NCBI GenBank assembly: GCA_964358425.1
Contig: CAYHON010000001.1
Location: forward strand, 21,609 to 72,554
Direction: 5' to 3'
Origin: an uncultured Candidatus Saccharibacteria bacterium
Lineage (GTDB): Bacteria > Patescibacteriota > Minisyncoccia > Sungbacterales > HO2-52-23
Length of the DNA: 50,946 nucleotides
The notes under the pieces are model-generated. The model was not told where the DNA came from and made no database searches. It was given only the letters and a program-made list of their open reading frames with translations. Numbering within the stretch: the stretch's first letter is position 1; each line of letters opens with the position of its first letter. Made by a program: the position numbers and the translations under genes. Positions 18,642-27,070 of the stretch are shown in pieces.

Positions 18642-18842
18642 CTAATTTTTTGCGTCTAACTCACGAAGAAATTCTATTTTTCGCGTCTTTCCGCTCTTGG
18701 ACTCTTTTAATGATTTTTTTATGTCCCTAATAAATCCGGCTTGATAAAATCCAAAGACATCAGCAAGCCGCTCCCACTGATCAAGGTTAATTTCTACTTT
18801 AATGGTCTTGGAGTTGGGTTTTTGTATAGTTAAAACAGGCAT
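18642..18842 (-). CDS. Putative antitoxin partner
   Basis: It is a 66 aa ORF immediately upstream of the toxin, and the local region is AT-rich. Confidence 0.5.
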   Translation of the reverse strand: MPVLTIQKPNSKTIKVEINLDQWERLADVFGFYQAGFIRDIKKSLKESKSGKTRKIEFLRELDAKN

Positions 18843-18886
18843 ATCTTTACACTACTACCCCGCTGGACATAAATCAAGGTCTTTTT

Positions 18887-18959
18887 CGTCCCCGGCAGGA
18901 TTTGAACCCACAACCTCTTGGTTCGAAGCCAAGCGCTCTATCCGTTGAGCTACGGGGAC
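18887..18959 (-). tRNA. tRNA-Arg (anticodon TCG), 73 nt, with no encoded CCA
   Basis: The acceptor is GTCCCCG/CGGGGAC, the D-arm GCTC-AACGGATA-GAGC, the anticodon arm CTTGG-CTTCGAA-CCAAG, and the T-loop TTCAAAT. Confidence 0.85.
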
Positions 18960-19020
18960 ATATTTTTAAGAAATTAACATAAAAATTGAAAAAAATCAAT
19001 TTTTGGGCTAATATTCGAAT

Positions 19021-20574
19021 ATGTCCAAAGGATTAAAAATTCCTCCAGAAGTACAGGATGTAATGCAAAAACTCCGGCAGGCGGGCTTTGAATCTTACGC
19101 GGTCGGCGGATGCGTGCGGGATCTACTGCTGGGAATTGGACCCAGAGATTGGGATGTAACGACCTCGGCTAAGCCCGAGGAGATTTTGGGTCTGTTTGAG
19201 GATAGTTTTTATGAAAATAAATTTCTGACGGTGACCGTCAAAACCGGCTCTGAAGATCCGGTCTTGTCCGAGATAGAAATTACGACCTACCGCGCCGAAG
19301 GAAAATACACAGACAAGCGCCATCCGGATGATGTCCGATTTGCTAAAACTCTTGCCGAGGATTTGTCGCGTCGCGATTTTACGGTAAACGCCATGGCGAT
19401 GGATTTGGCGGGAAAGATAGCGGATATTTTCGGCGGCCGTGAGGATTTGGAGAAAAAAATAATCCGCGCGGTTGGCGAGCCGGCAGGCAGATTTGAAGAA
19501 GACGCCTTGCGCATGATTAAGGCCGTGCGGATGGTGGCCCAGCTCGGGTTTACTATGGAGGAAAAAACTGCGGAGGCCATCAAAAAACTTTCCGGCAATG
19601 TGGAGTTTGTATCCTCTGAAAGAATTCGGGATGAATTGGTTAAGATATTGCTGGCCCCCCGCGCCAAGGAAGCCGTAGAGCTTTTGCATAATCTGGGACT
19701 ATTGAAACACATAATGCCGGAGCTGGAAGAAGGATTGGGCATAGACCAGCGTGGCCCGCATAAATATCAGGTCTGGGAGCATAGTCTGCTCGCGTTGGAC
19801 TATGCAGTCCGGCAAAATTGGTCCTTGCAAATCCGGCTGTCGGCTCTCCTACATGATGTCGGTAAACCGAGGACGCGGGAGCGCCGGAATAACATCTGGA
19901 CCTTCTACGGACACGATGTGGTGGGAGCCAAGATGACTTTGGTGATTTTAGCGCGCCTGTGTTTTCCGGCCCGTGAGGCGGAAACTATTGCCCGGCTGGT
20001 CCGCTGGCATCTGTTTAGTTATCATCTGCGCCGCGATGACCAATTTATGGCCGATATGTGGGCGATGGGAGAAGATCCCCGCGAGAAAGACATTGAAGAT
20101 GCCGAAGAAGAAATGCAGGAGACGACCGACTCGGCCATCCGCCGGCTGATTCAGCGGGTCGGGGCGGATACTATTGAGGATTTGGTGAAGGTCCGCATCT
20201 GTGATAGAATCGCGACGGGTGTTCCGAAAGCCGTCCCCTATCGCCTGCGTCACTTCCAATTCCGGGTGGAGAAAATTATCCGCGAGGGTGAGGCTACGAA
20301 TGTCAAAATGTTGAAAGTCCGCGGGGAGGATATTTTACAGATTCTAAAAATATCGCCCGGGCCGAAAGTCGGATATATTTTGGATGCTCTGCTTGAAGAA
20401 GTGCTGGATGATCCGGCCAGAAACAACCGCGAATATCTGCTGGAGCAGATGACCAAATTGGGAAAACTTTCGGACGAAGAATTGCAGAAACTTCGCGAGC
20501 AGTCTCGGGAAAAGGTAGAAGGACTGGAACGCGCGCGTGAGGGGGAAATAAAAAAGAAGTACCACGTTAAATAG
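19021..20574 (+). CDS. cca: CCA-adding tRNA nucleotidyltransferase with an HD domain
   Basis: It contains GGCVRDLLLG, DWDVTT, RRDFTVNAM and the HD motif LLHDVGKP. Confidence 0.9.
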   Translation: MSKGLKIPPEVQDVMQKLRQAGFESYAVGGCVRDLLLGIGPRDWDVTTSAKPEEILGLFEDSFYENKFLTVTVKTGSEDPVLSEIEITTYRAEGKYTDKRHPDDVRFAKTLAEDLSRRDFTVNAMAMDLAGKIADIFGGREDLEKKIIRAVGEPAGRFEEDALRMIKAVRMVAQLGFTMEEKTAEAIKKLSGNVEFVSSERIRDELVKILLAPRAKEAVELLHNLGLLKHIMPELEEGLGIDQRGPHKYQVWEHSLLALDYAVRQNWSLQIRLSALLHDVGKPRTRERRNNIWTFYGHDVVGAKMTLVILARLCFPAREAETIARLVRWHLFSYHLRRDDQFMADMWAMGEDPREKDIEDAEEEMQETTDSAIRRLIQRVGADTIEDLVKVRICDRIATGVPKAVPYRLRHFQFRVEKIIREGEATNVKMLKVRGEDILQILKISPGPKVGYILDALLEEVLDDPARNNREYLLEQMTKLGKLSDEELQKLREQSREKVEGLERAREGEIKKKYHVK

Positions 20575-20578
20575 TTTT

Positions 20579-20649
20579 CGGGCCATAGTATAGTGGTAAT
20601 ACGCAGGGTTCGGGACTCTGAGTCTTGGGTTCGATTCCCAATGGCCCGA
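20579..20649 (+). tRNA. tRNA-Pro (anticodon CGG), 71 nt
   Basis: The acceptor is CGGGCCA/TGGCCCG, the anticodon loop TTCGGGA, and the T-arm TTGGG-TTCGATT-CCCAA. It starts 5 nt after the cca stop. Confidence 0.85.
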
Positions 20650-20666
20650 ATGAATAAGTAGGTAAA

Positions 20667-20737
20667 GGGCCCATAGTTAAGTGGTATAACGGGTCATTCG
20701 CATTGACCAGGCGCGAGTTCGATTCTCGCTGGGTCCA
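20667..20737 (+). tRNA. tRNA-Ala (anticodon CGC), 71 nt
   Basis: The acceptor GGGCCCA/TGGGTCC carries the G3-U70 Ala identity pair. The anticodon loop is TTCGCAT. Confidence 0.85.
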
Positions 20738-20780
20738 AAAATGGTTACCTTAAAGACACGTTTAAGTACATAATACGGAA

Positions 20781-20999
20781 GTGATAAAAGAAGGACTCAC
20801 TTTTGACGATGTTCTGCTTCTGCCCAAAAAATCCCGGGTGTATTCGCGCCAAGATGTATCGCTTTATACCAGATTTTCCAAAAATCTGGAGTTATCTGTA
20901 CCTATTGTATCGGCCAATATGGATACGGTCACCGGTGCCCGCATGGCGCGCTTTATGGCGGAGGCCGGAGACATCAAGGAGGGAATGGCGAGGAATTAA
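20781..20999 (+). pseudogene. guaB: N-terminal remnant (about 63 aa) of IMP dehydrogenase GuaB
   Basis: LTFDDVLLLP...VPIVSANMDTVTGARMA..MAEAG matches the GuaB N-terminus. The sequence then diverges and stops, whereas a full GuaB is about 480-490 aa. Confidence 0.75.
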
Positions 21000-21041
21000 A
21001 TGTTACAATTAAAACGCTATAGCGTTCTAATTGTAACATTT
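20998..21041. repeat. 44 nt palindromic element, copy 1 (also a likely bidirectional terminator)
   Basis: AAATGTTACAATTAAAACGCTA/TAGCGTTCTAATTGTAACATTT has one mismatch. It lies between convergent genes. It is nearly identical in its core to 37784-37825. Confidence 0.85.
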
Positions 21042-21097
21042 GTAGTTTATAGAAAGAAATCAAAAATCCCGCGTGATTCGCGGGGTTTTTGTATTGA

Positions 21098-24000
21098 TTA
21101 TTTATTTTGATAATTTTCCAATCCTCTTTTCATTTTGGCCATGTCTCCTATTACCACTTCTCCGTTTCTAGTGGTATAAGTTACACCCAAGAATCTCATA
21201 GCCCGATCAAAAGATTTGTCTACATAAACATCTTCAATCCAGCCGCTTTTAGATTTTTTCATACGGTCATAGAAACTGTATATTGATTGAACTTCTTTTC
21301 CGAAATCTTCATCGCTAAAATCTTTCTTCTCTCTAAGAATTTTCTCCAAAGAAGTTTTTCTAACCCCTTCATTTACATGGAAGTCTTTGTGCTGTTCTAT
21401 AAACCTATCTCCAGATAACATCTTGTTTATAGTTCTCCGGGGATTGGTTATTAACCAAGCACGATTAAGATAAGTTAGACGGCCGGCGTCGTACCCGCGA
21501 GCTTCCTTAATCATCCAACCCATCTCCAAGTCTTCTCCTAAATTTGATTTTTCATTGTAGCCCCCTATGGCCGCATAAATGCCTGAACGAAAAGCGGAGT
21601 TACATCCGGATAGTTCGGGAGAGTTCAGATAATTATATCTAAAAGCAATAGTGAAATAATGCCATAGTCGTTGAGTGGCGTGGAATAAGGGGTATTGCTT
21701 GAAACTTTCTGGCGGGAAATCCCATTGGCCGGCCAGGGCATCTAGCCGACGATTCTTTTTGAAAGTATCGGCTATGTCGTTAGCATAATTCTCACTTATA
21801 TCTTCCATGTCGGCATCGTTGCTTACTATAGCTATAGATTTATTTATACCAGCCTGCTGTTTTCGCAGGAGCACCGCATCCGCCAAATTTTTTCTAACTT
21901 CCCCTATGAATGGTTTGTGATCATACTCTTTATATAGATGGGTTAGCTGCAGGTCTGGGTATTCTTTCTTTATTTTTTCCATAACCCCGGCGCTATTATC
22001 TCTGTCTTTATCCCGCGGATGGTTTTCCAGCACCACTATCTCAAACCCGTCTCTATTTTTAAGTTTGGCATAATTTCGCAGAGTTTTTTCGAGATTGCTA
22101 CCTTCTTGATAAGAAGGTATGGCTATTACTGTTTCTACCGAATTATTCATTGGTTTAGTGCCTTGAAGTAACTCAGTAAGTTCTTTTAAGTAAGATTGAT
22201 TTTGCTTGTCCAAGTATTCTTTGACCATAGCCGAATCATCTCCGGAAAGATCTATATTTTTATTTTCCAGAATTTTTGGCGACATTCTCTCTCTATAACT
22301 TTCTCGCGCCAGCATACCCTCATATCCATAATAAGTAGCGGTGCGCTCGGCCAATTTTTTAGATTCAGCTGGTTCAAGCGGTTTTCTGCCAACTAAGGGT
22401 ATGATAAACGGCGGGTCCATGCGCCAATCGGCAGGCAGATCCCAACGGGTAGAGGTGAATTGTTCCGTAACTTTTTCTACTCCATTGGTTATAGTCTCGG
22501 GCGAGGTGTCCAATCCTTCGCCGACGGCTGTGGCAAAAATTTGTACTCGCTCTGCCGCTCCTTTAGCCCCGGTTACCTCCGCTACCTCCGAAAACTTGGC
22601 CATAAACTTGGGTGTGCCGTTGCCCCCGATGAATATTTTACCCAGTTCGGTATTAGGGTTTATAATCGCGTGTCCGGTGGAGTCGATGTTTACTTCAAAC
22701 ACTTGATTTTGAGTGCCACGGGACATGGATAGTAAAATCTTCAATTTTCCTTCGGCCATTAAAGCCCGCACATCGGGTGATAATCCGGCGTGTTTGGATC
22801 CGTCGGGAGTCATATGGTCGACAGAGAAACGGTAAGTTCCATCTTGCTGGAAATCACCCATAAGTTTCAGCTCGTTGCCGTCGGGAGTTGGAGTATCGTT
22901 TTCCAGCCACGGTCCGCGGGATATTCTGTGGGAATTATCGAGGATATAATCTTTATGTTCTTCCAAGAGGCGGTTGCCCGTGCGGCTCTCCACCATTTTT
23001 TCCGTAACTACCGAGGTGGTTTGCGGATCACGGATCAAGATACCCTGCTCCGCCAAAGCTTTTTTAGAAGCATCGGTCAGACCGCCGTCTTCATTAAAAT
23101 CTATTCCGGAGTTTAAAACCTTGCCGCCGCGCAACAGCTCAAACTTGTCTGTGAATTTGTTAAATCGCAAATCAATCCCCTCGGGAAAAAAGATTTTATG
23201 GTTAGGGTCTAAAATAACTTCTCGCAGGTTTCCTCCGGCGACGTGCGGATAATCCTGCGACCACCAGCGACGCAGGGCTTCCAAGGGTGTGTAATGCGCT
23301 TCGCCCCCCGCCGGCACTTCTCCCTTTCGTCCTTGTACCCAGCCTTCCACCAGACCCTCTTGGTGGGTGAAGAAAGCCGCTCCTTCTTGCGCCACCGCTC
23401 CTACGGCCAATCCTATCCCCACCCCCCACATCGCTTTTTTCCAAGCCCTGTTGTTCCTCATCTTGCTGAACAAACGGTCTTTGTTTTCAATTCCCTTGTC
23501 TCCTTCCAGCAGGTTTTTTATCCGAGTATCTTTAAGCGATTGCAAAAAATCTTCCAGAGATTGTCCGGCAGGAATATTCAGTCCCTTACCCAAAAGTTTT
23601 TCATCGGTGTATTCTGACGCATCCATCGCGTCCAATATTTCTCCCGCGCGGATAAAGTCCCATTTGGCGTACTCATGAGTACCCTGTTCGGTGAAAGCGC
23701 CATGATGTTTTTCTATGTCTTCAATCACAAAACCTTTTTCCATCCGCCGCCCCATAATCCAGTAGGCCAGCTTGTCCTGTTTGGCCTCGCGGTCTTTCAA
23801 ATCCTGCATTTCTTGAGATTCCAGATATTTTTTGATATCCGGCGCACCAATCACGCCCTCCAGTTTGTAATCAAATTCCGGACCATGTTTAACTATTTTG
23901 GCTTCTTTATTTAGAATTTTTCGGATATCCACTTTGGCCTGCGCCCGCAGCAAATCCAGCCGCAGTTGCTCTTGCGCCACGCGGGTGGTGTCCGAATAAC

Positions 24001-25330
24001 TGATGAGGTCAATTCTGTGCCGGTCGGAAAGCGAGATTCTGGATTCTATCTCAGACAGATGAGCCATCACTGTTTCCAGTTCTTTTTGGGTGAGGTCGCG
24101 CAGCTCGCGCGCACCGCCCTCCTTTTTTATATATAAACTATTTTCCAAGGCATCAGCCAAATCATTGGCCTCTCGGGTCTCATAGCGGTACTCCTCCATT
24201 TCTTTGCGGCGGGGAGATTTTTCGGTGTCAAAAGTTATGCCTTTGGCCATTTCGCGGAAGTGCAGCCGTCTTTCTTCCTCCACTCTTTTTTTCTCGCGCA
24301 GTCCGGCAATGCCTCCGCCCAGAAGCGCCGAGCCGCCGAAAGTAAACCAGGCGGCTATTTTACTGCGTCCCAGACGCTCGGGGACTTGCAGAAGGGCCGT
24401 ATAGGCGATAGCGATAGTTGTCTCATTTATGAGTCCCCAGCTTTTACCGTGAATTTTATCTATAATCCGGTCTACGGTATTAAATTGCGCCTCGGTGCGG
24501 ACCCCGCTTTTGGCTTTGCCGACAGTGACGTTAAAATCCAAATCAATTTCTTCTATTTTTTGCCCATGCTCTACCGCCTGTCTAACTTCCTTGGCCACCT
24601 CAAACAGGTTGTCCGCATATTGGTAGCCCTGCTCGGCTACCTCCACGTGGCCTTTGCGAAAATCGGCTTCAATTTGTTTCTTTTGTTCTTTGTATGATTT
24701 TTTATCCAGTTTGCCGTCTTTATAGTCTTGTTCCAGAGTTTTGAGTCGGACGTCGGCGTGTCCGGTGTCCACTCCTTTTAGTCTGGCCAAGATTCGTTTT
24801 CGTTCTTCTTTAAAATTTGCCTCGTCTATCTCACCCATAGCATAGCTGCGGACCAGGTCTTGGACCTGTTTTTTGATCTCGGCTTCTACTATTTCGGGTT
24901 TTTTCTCGCCCAGCTCCGTGTGGACCAATTCTTCGTATTCGCCTGAAAATCTCTCTACCAAAGCGCCCATGGTTTGCTCATGGGCTTTGCGGTCGGCCGT
25001 CTCGGAGGCAAAAATATTGTCCTTTTCGGAGATCTCTTTTTTAACTTTTTTTATTTCCTTCTGGCGGCGGTATTCGTAAGCCAAGTTCTGATGCCAAATC
25101 TTCCGGAAAAATCCGGTAAAACCTTTCATTTTTTCGGCGGTCTCCGTCAGCCGTCCTTCGGCGACGTCGCGGGCCTGCTCCGAAGCAATGCTTCCCGCTT
25201 CCACAAAAACTATTTTTTTCCTGGCCGATTTTTCTGCCGGTCTCTCCGAACTTTTTTCTGGTTTCTCTGCTCCTGCCTCGCCGGCAGGCAGGCCTCCCTC
25301 CGGAGCGATAGTAGGATTTTCTGAAATCAT
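21098..25330 (-). CDS. Giant (1410 aa) multidomain protein with an N-terminal coiled-coil region, TM segments and a C-terminal family-2 glycosyltransferase domain
   Basis: The C-terminal region VIAIPSYQEG...EIVVLENH...IVSNDADMEDI has a GT2 (GT-A, DxD-type) signature. Hydrophobic segments lie near aa 300-340 and 635-660. Long K/E-rich helices are present. Confidence 0.7.
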   Translation of the reverse strand: MISENPTIAPEGGLPAGEAGAEKPEKSSERPAEKSARKKIVFVEAGSIASEQARDVAEGRLTETAEKMKGFTGFFRKIWHQNLAYEYRRQKEIKKVKKEISEKDNIFASETADRKAHEQTMGALVERFSGEYEELVHTELGEKKPEIVEAEIKKQVQDLVRSYAMGEIDEANFKEERKRILARLKGVDTGHADVRLKTLEQDYKDGKLDKKSYKEQKKQIEADFRKGHVEVAEQGYQYADNLFEVAKEVRQAVEHGQKIEEIDLDFNVTVGKAKSGVRTEAQFNTVDRIIDKIHGKSWGLINETTIAIAYTALLQVPERLGRSKIAAWFTFGGSALLGGGIAGLREKKRVEEERRLHFREMAKGITFDTEKSPRRKEMEEYRYETREANDLADALENSLYIKKEGGARELRDLTQKELETVMAHLSEIESRISLSDRHRIDLISYSDTTRVAQEQLRLDLLRAQAKVDIRKILNKEAKIVKHGPEFDYKLEGVIGAPDIKKYLESQEMQDLKDREAKQDKLAYWIMGRRMEKGFVIEDIEKHHGAFTEQGTHEYAKWDFIRAGEILDAMDASEYTDEKLLGKGLNIPAGQSLEDFLQSLKDTRIKNLLEGDKGIENKDRLFSKMRNNRAWKKAMWGVGIGLAVGAVAQEGAAFFTHQEGLVEGWVQGRKGEVPAGGEAHYTPLEALRRWWSQDYPHVAGGNLREVILDPNHKIFFPEGIDLRFNKFTDKFELLRGGKVLNSGIDFNEDGGLTDASKKALAEQGILIRDPQTTSVVTEKMVESRTGNRLLEEHKDYILDNSHRISRGPWLENDTPTPDGNELKLMGDFQQDGTYRFSVDHMTPDGSKHAGLSPDVRALMAEGKLKILLSMSRGTQNQVFEVNIDSTGHAIINPNTELGKIFIGGNGTPKFMAKFSEVAEVTGAKGAAERVQIFATAVGEGLDTSPETITNGVEKVTEQFTSTRWDLPADWRMDPPFIIPLVGRKPLEPAESKKLAERTATYYGYEGMLARESYRERMSPKILENKNIDLSGDDSAMVKEYLDKQNQSYLKELTELLQGTKPMNNSVETVIAIPSYQEGSNLEKTLRNYAKLKNRDGFEIVVLENHPRDKDRDNSAGVMEKIKKEYPDLQLTHLYKEYDHKPFIGEVRKNLADAVLLRKQQAGINKSIAIVSNDADMEDISENYANDIADTFKKNRRLDALAGQWDFPPESFKQYPLFHATQRLWHYFTIAFRYNYLNSPELSGCNSAFRSGIYAAIGGYNEKSNLGEDLEMGWMIKEARGYDAGRLTYLNRAWLITNPRRTINKMLSGDRFIEQHKDFHVNEGVRKTSLEKILREKKDFSDEDFGKEVQSIYSFYDRMKKSKSGWIEDVYVDKSFDRAMRFLGVTYTTRNGEVVIGDMAKMKRGLENYQNK

Positions 25331-25333
25331 GGT

Positions 25334-25651
25334 TTAAGGGGTTAGATAAGTCTGTCCAAAAGAAAGCAATGCGGCCGCCACTGCTTCATCCAGGTTTGGT
25401 ATATGTTCCTGGCAAAAAGTTCTTAGCTGGACTTCGCTCCCCTCATCCAGCAGTTTTTCAAAATCGTTCAGCATCGTAGGCGGAAGCTTTTCCACGATGG
25501 TGGCGTTTACCCGGTCCTCCGCCCTGGCGTATAGGTCACTTTTGACTTGGGCGAGCACCTCGCCGTCGAGGTTGGTCAGACCCTTTTCTTCAACCAGTCG
25601 GTCTATGAACTGGTCCAGCCCTATAGCGGCTGATTTCTTGGTTCTTGGCAT
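25334..25651 (-). CDS. Small conserved hypothetical protein, co-transcribed with the giant GT2 gene
   Basis: It is 105 aa and its stop lies 3 nt before the start of the giant gene. An extended -10 (TGATATAAT, 25701-25709 on the minus strand) lies upstream. Confidence 0.55.
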   Translation of the reverse strand: MPRTKKSAAIGLDQFIDRLVEEKGLTNLDGEVLAQVKSDLYARAEDRVNATIVEKLPPTMLNDFEKLLDEGSEVQLRTFCQEHIPNLDEAVAAALLSFGQTYLTP

Positions 25652-25838
25652 AGAAATTGGTTATAATGTAATTAAAGAAACTTTTCCCCCTAATTCTTTA
25701 ATTATATCAAAAAATAGGCGGGATTACAACAAGATGAATCCCGTTAGAAATGTATGTTGATACTTAATACCAAACAAAAAACTGAGTCTATGGCGAGAGT
25801 TTAATACATATAAATTATAGTCCTAAATTTCTAACGGG

Positions 25839-26312
25839 ATGAAAAGGCTTATCGTCTATACAATTTTAATAACCGGGGGGCTATCTTTTGGCTGGAAGTA
25901 TCTGCCGCAGGATGCGCGCGACAAAACCACCGCTTTTGTGGGCAATGTTTTACGCGGGCAGAGCCAGGTATCCGATGTGGTGACCCAAGAAGAAGCCTTG
26001 CCGTCTGATCCCGAAGAAAAAAGAGCTGTTTTAATAGACCGTCTGAAAAATAATTTAGGAGAGTTAAAAAATACGATTACTACCCCGGCTGTAAAAAAAT
26101 CTTCCGCCTTGTCCGATAAGCAAAATCAAGATGAAATGCCTCAAGTAAGGGACAACGCCGAAACTCTGTTTCTATTGACGCAGTCCGACCAATTGCTTAA
26201 ACGACTGGAAGAGGCCAATACCGACGTCACTTTTGGTCGGGAAATTATAAATAGAACCCTAGAGGTTATTTTGCCGGAAAAGAAACAACCGACCATAGAG
26301 TGTCCTAAATAA
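25839..26312 (+). CDS. Hypothetical membrane-anchored protein
   Basis: It is 157 aa with an N-terminal TM (LIVYTILITGGLSFGW). Confidence 0.5.
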   Translation: MKRLIVYTILITGGLSFGWKYLPQDARDKTTAFVGNVLRGQSQVSDVVTQEEALPSDPEEKRAVLIDRLKNNLGELKNTITTPAVKKSSALSDKQNQDEMPQVRDNAETLFLLTQSDQLLKRLEEANTDVTFGREIINRTLEVILPEKKQPTIECPK

Positions 26313-26343
26313 AATCTATTGAAGCTTAACTTCAATAGATTTT
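26311..26343 (+). terminator. Rho-independent terminator (14 bp stem)
   Basis: AAAATCTATTGAAG-CTTAA-CTTCAATAGATTTT overlaps the stop codon (26310-26312) of 25839..26312. Confidence 0.75.
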
Positions 26344-26355
26344 CTCCAACTTATA

Positions 26356-26382
26356 ATAAATGAGCCGATTTGGCTCATTTAT
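26356..26382 (-). terminator. Terminator hairpin downstream of hsp20
   Basis: ATAAATGAGCC-GATTT-GGCTCATTTAT forms an 11 bp stem. Confidence 0.65.
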
Positions 26383-26395
26383 ATACTTCACTAAT

Positions 26396-26902
26396 TTAGT
26401 TCACCTTCACTTTCAGCTTCTGGACTCCTCCTCTCTTTTTCTTGGGCAGGCGGATGGTTAGCAGGCCGTGTTTGAGGGAAGCTTCCGCCGCTTCATCGTC
26501 TATCTCCTCCGGCAGGATGACCGAGCGGGAAAAACTGCCCCAGAAAAGCTCTTTGTAGTAGTAATTGTCTTCTTTTACCTCATCCACGCATTCCCTTTTG
26601 CCACGGATGGTCACGGTATCGCTCGAAATGGATACGTCTAAATCTTCCGGCTTGACCCCCGCCACCGTAGATTGGATAACAATCTCGTGTCCTTTATCAT
26701 ATATATCAACCGTAAGCTCTCCGTCTTCGTCCAAAGATGTCTCCTCGACATCGTCGTCGGCGCGTCCCTCCATGTCCACTTTTACGTGGGTTGGTTTGGC
26801 GGCTGGCCGTCGGGGAGCTTTTATGGCGCTGGACGCCAAAACCACCTGCTCTTTTTCCGGACCCTCTTCACTTCCGGTAAGTTTTTCAAAAAAATTGGAC
26901 AT
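26396..26902 (-). CDS. Hsp20/alpha-crystallin small heat-shock protein
   Basis: The alpha-crystallin core is VDIYDKGHEIVIQSTVAGVKPEDLDVSI...G.F.R...LP..ID...A.A....GLLTIRLPK. Confidence 0.9.
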   Translation of the reverse strand: MSNFFEKLTGSEEGPEKEQVVLASSAIKAPRRPAAKPTHVKVDMEGRADDDVEETSLDEDGELTVDIYDKGHEIVIQSTVAGVKPEDLDVSISSDTVTIRGKRECVDEVKEDNYYYKELFWGSFSRSVILPEEIDDEAAEASLKHGLLTIRLPKKKRGGVQKLKVKVN

Positions 26903-27070
26903 TTTTATTACAAAATTTATTTTCTACCTGTTATTATCCTAAAATTTATGTATCGGCGCAATCCCCTAACTATCAACCCCGTTAGAAATCTGGCCAGAAA
27001 AGCCCCTTAAGAATAATCTACCATAGATACAAGGCTCCATAAAACCATTTTACAATATCTAGAAGAATTT

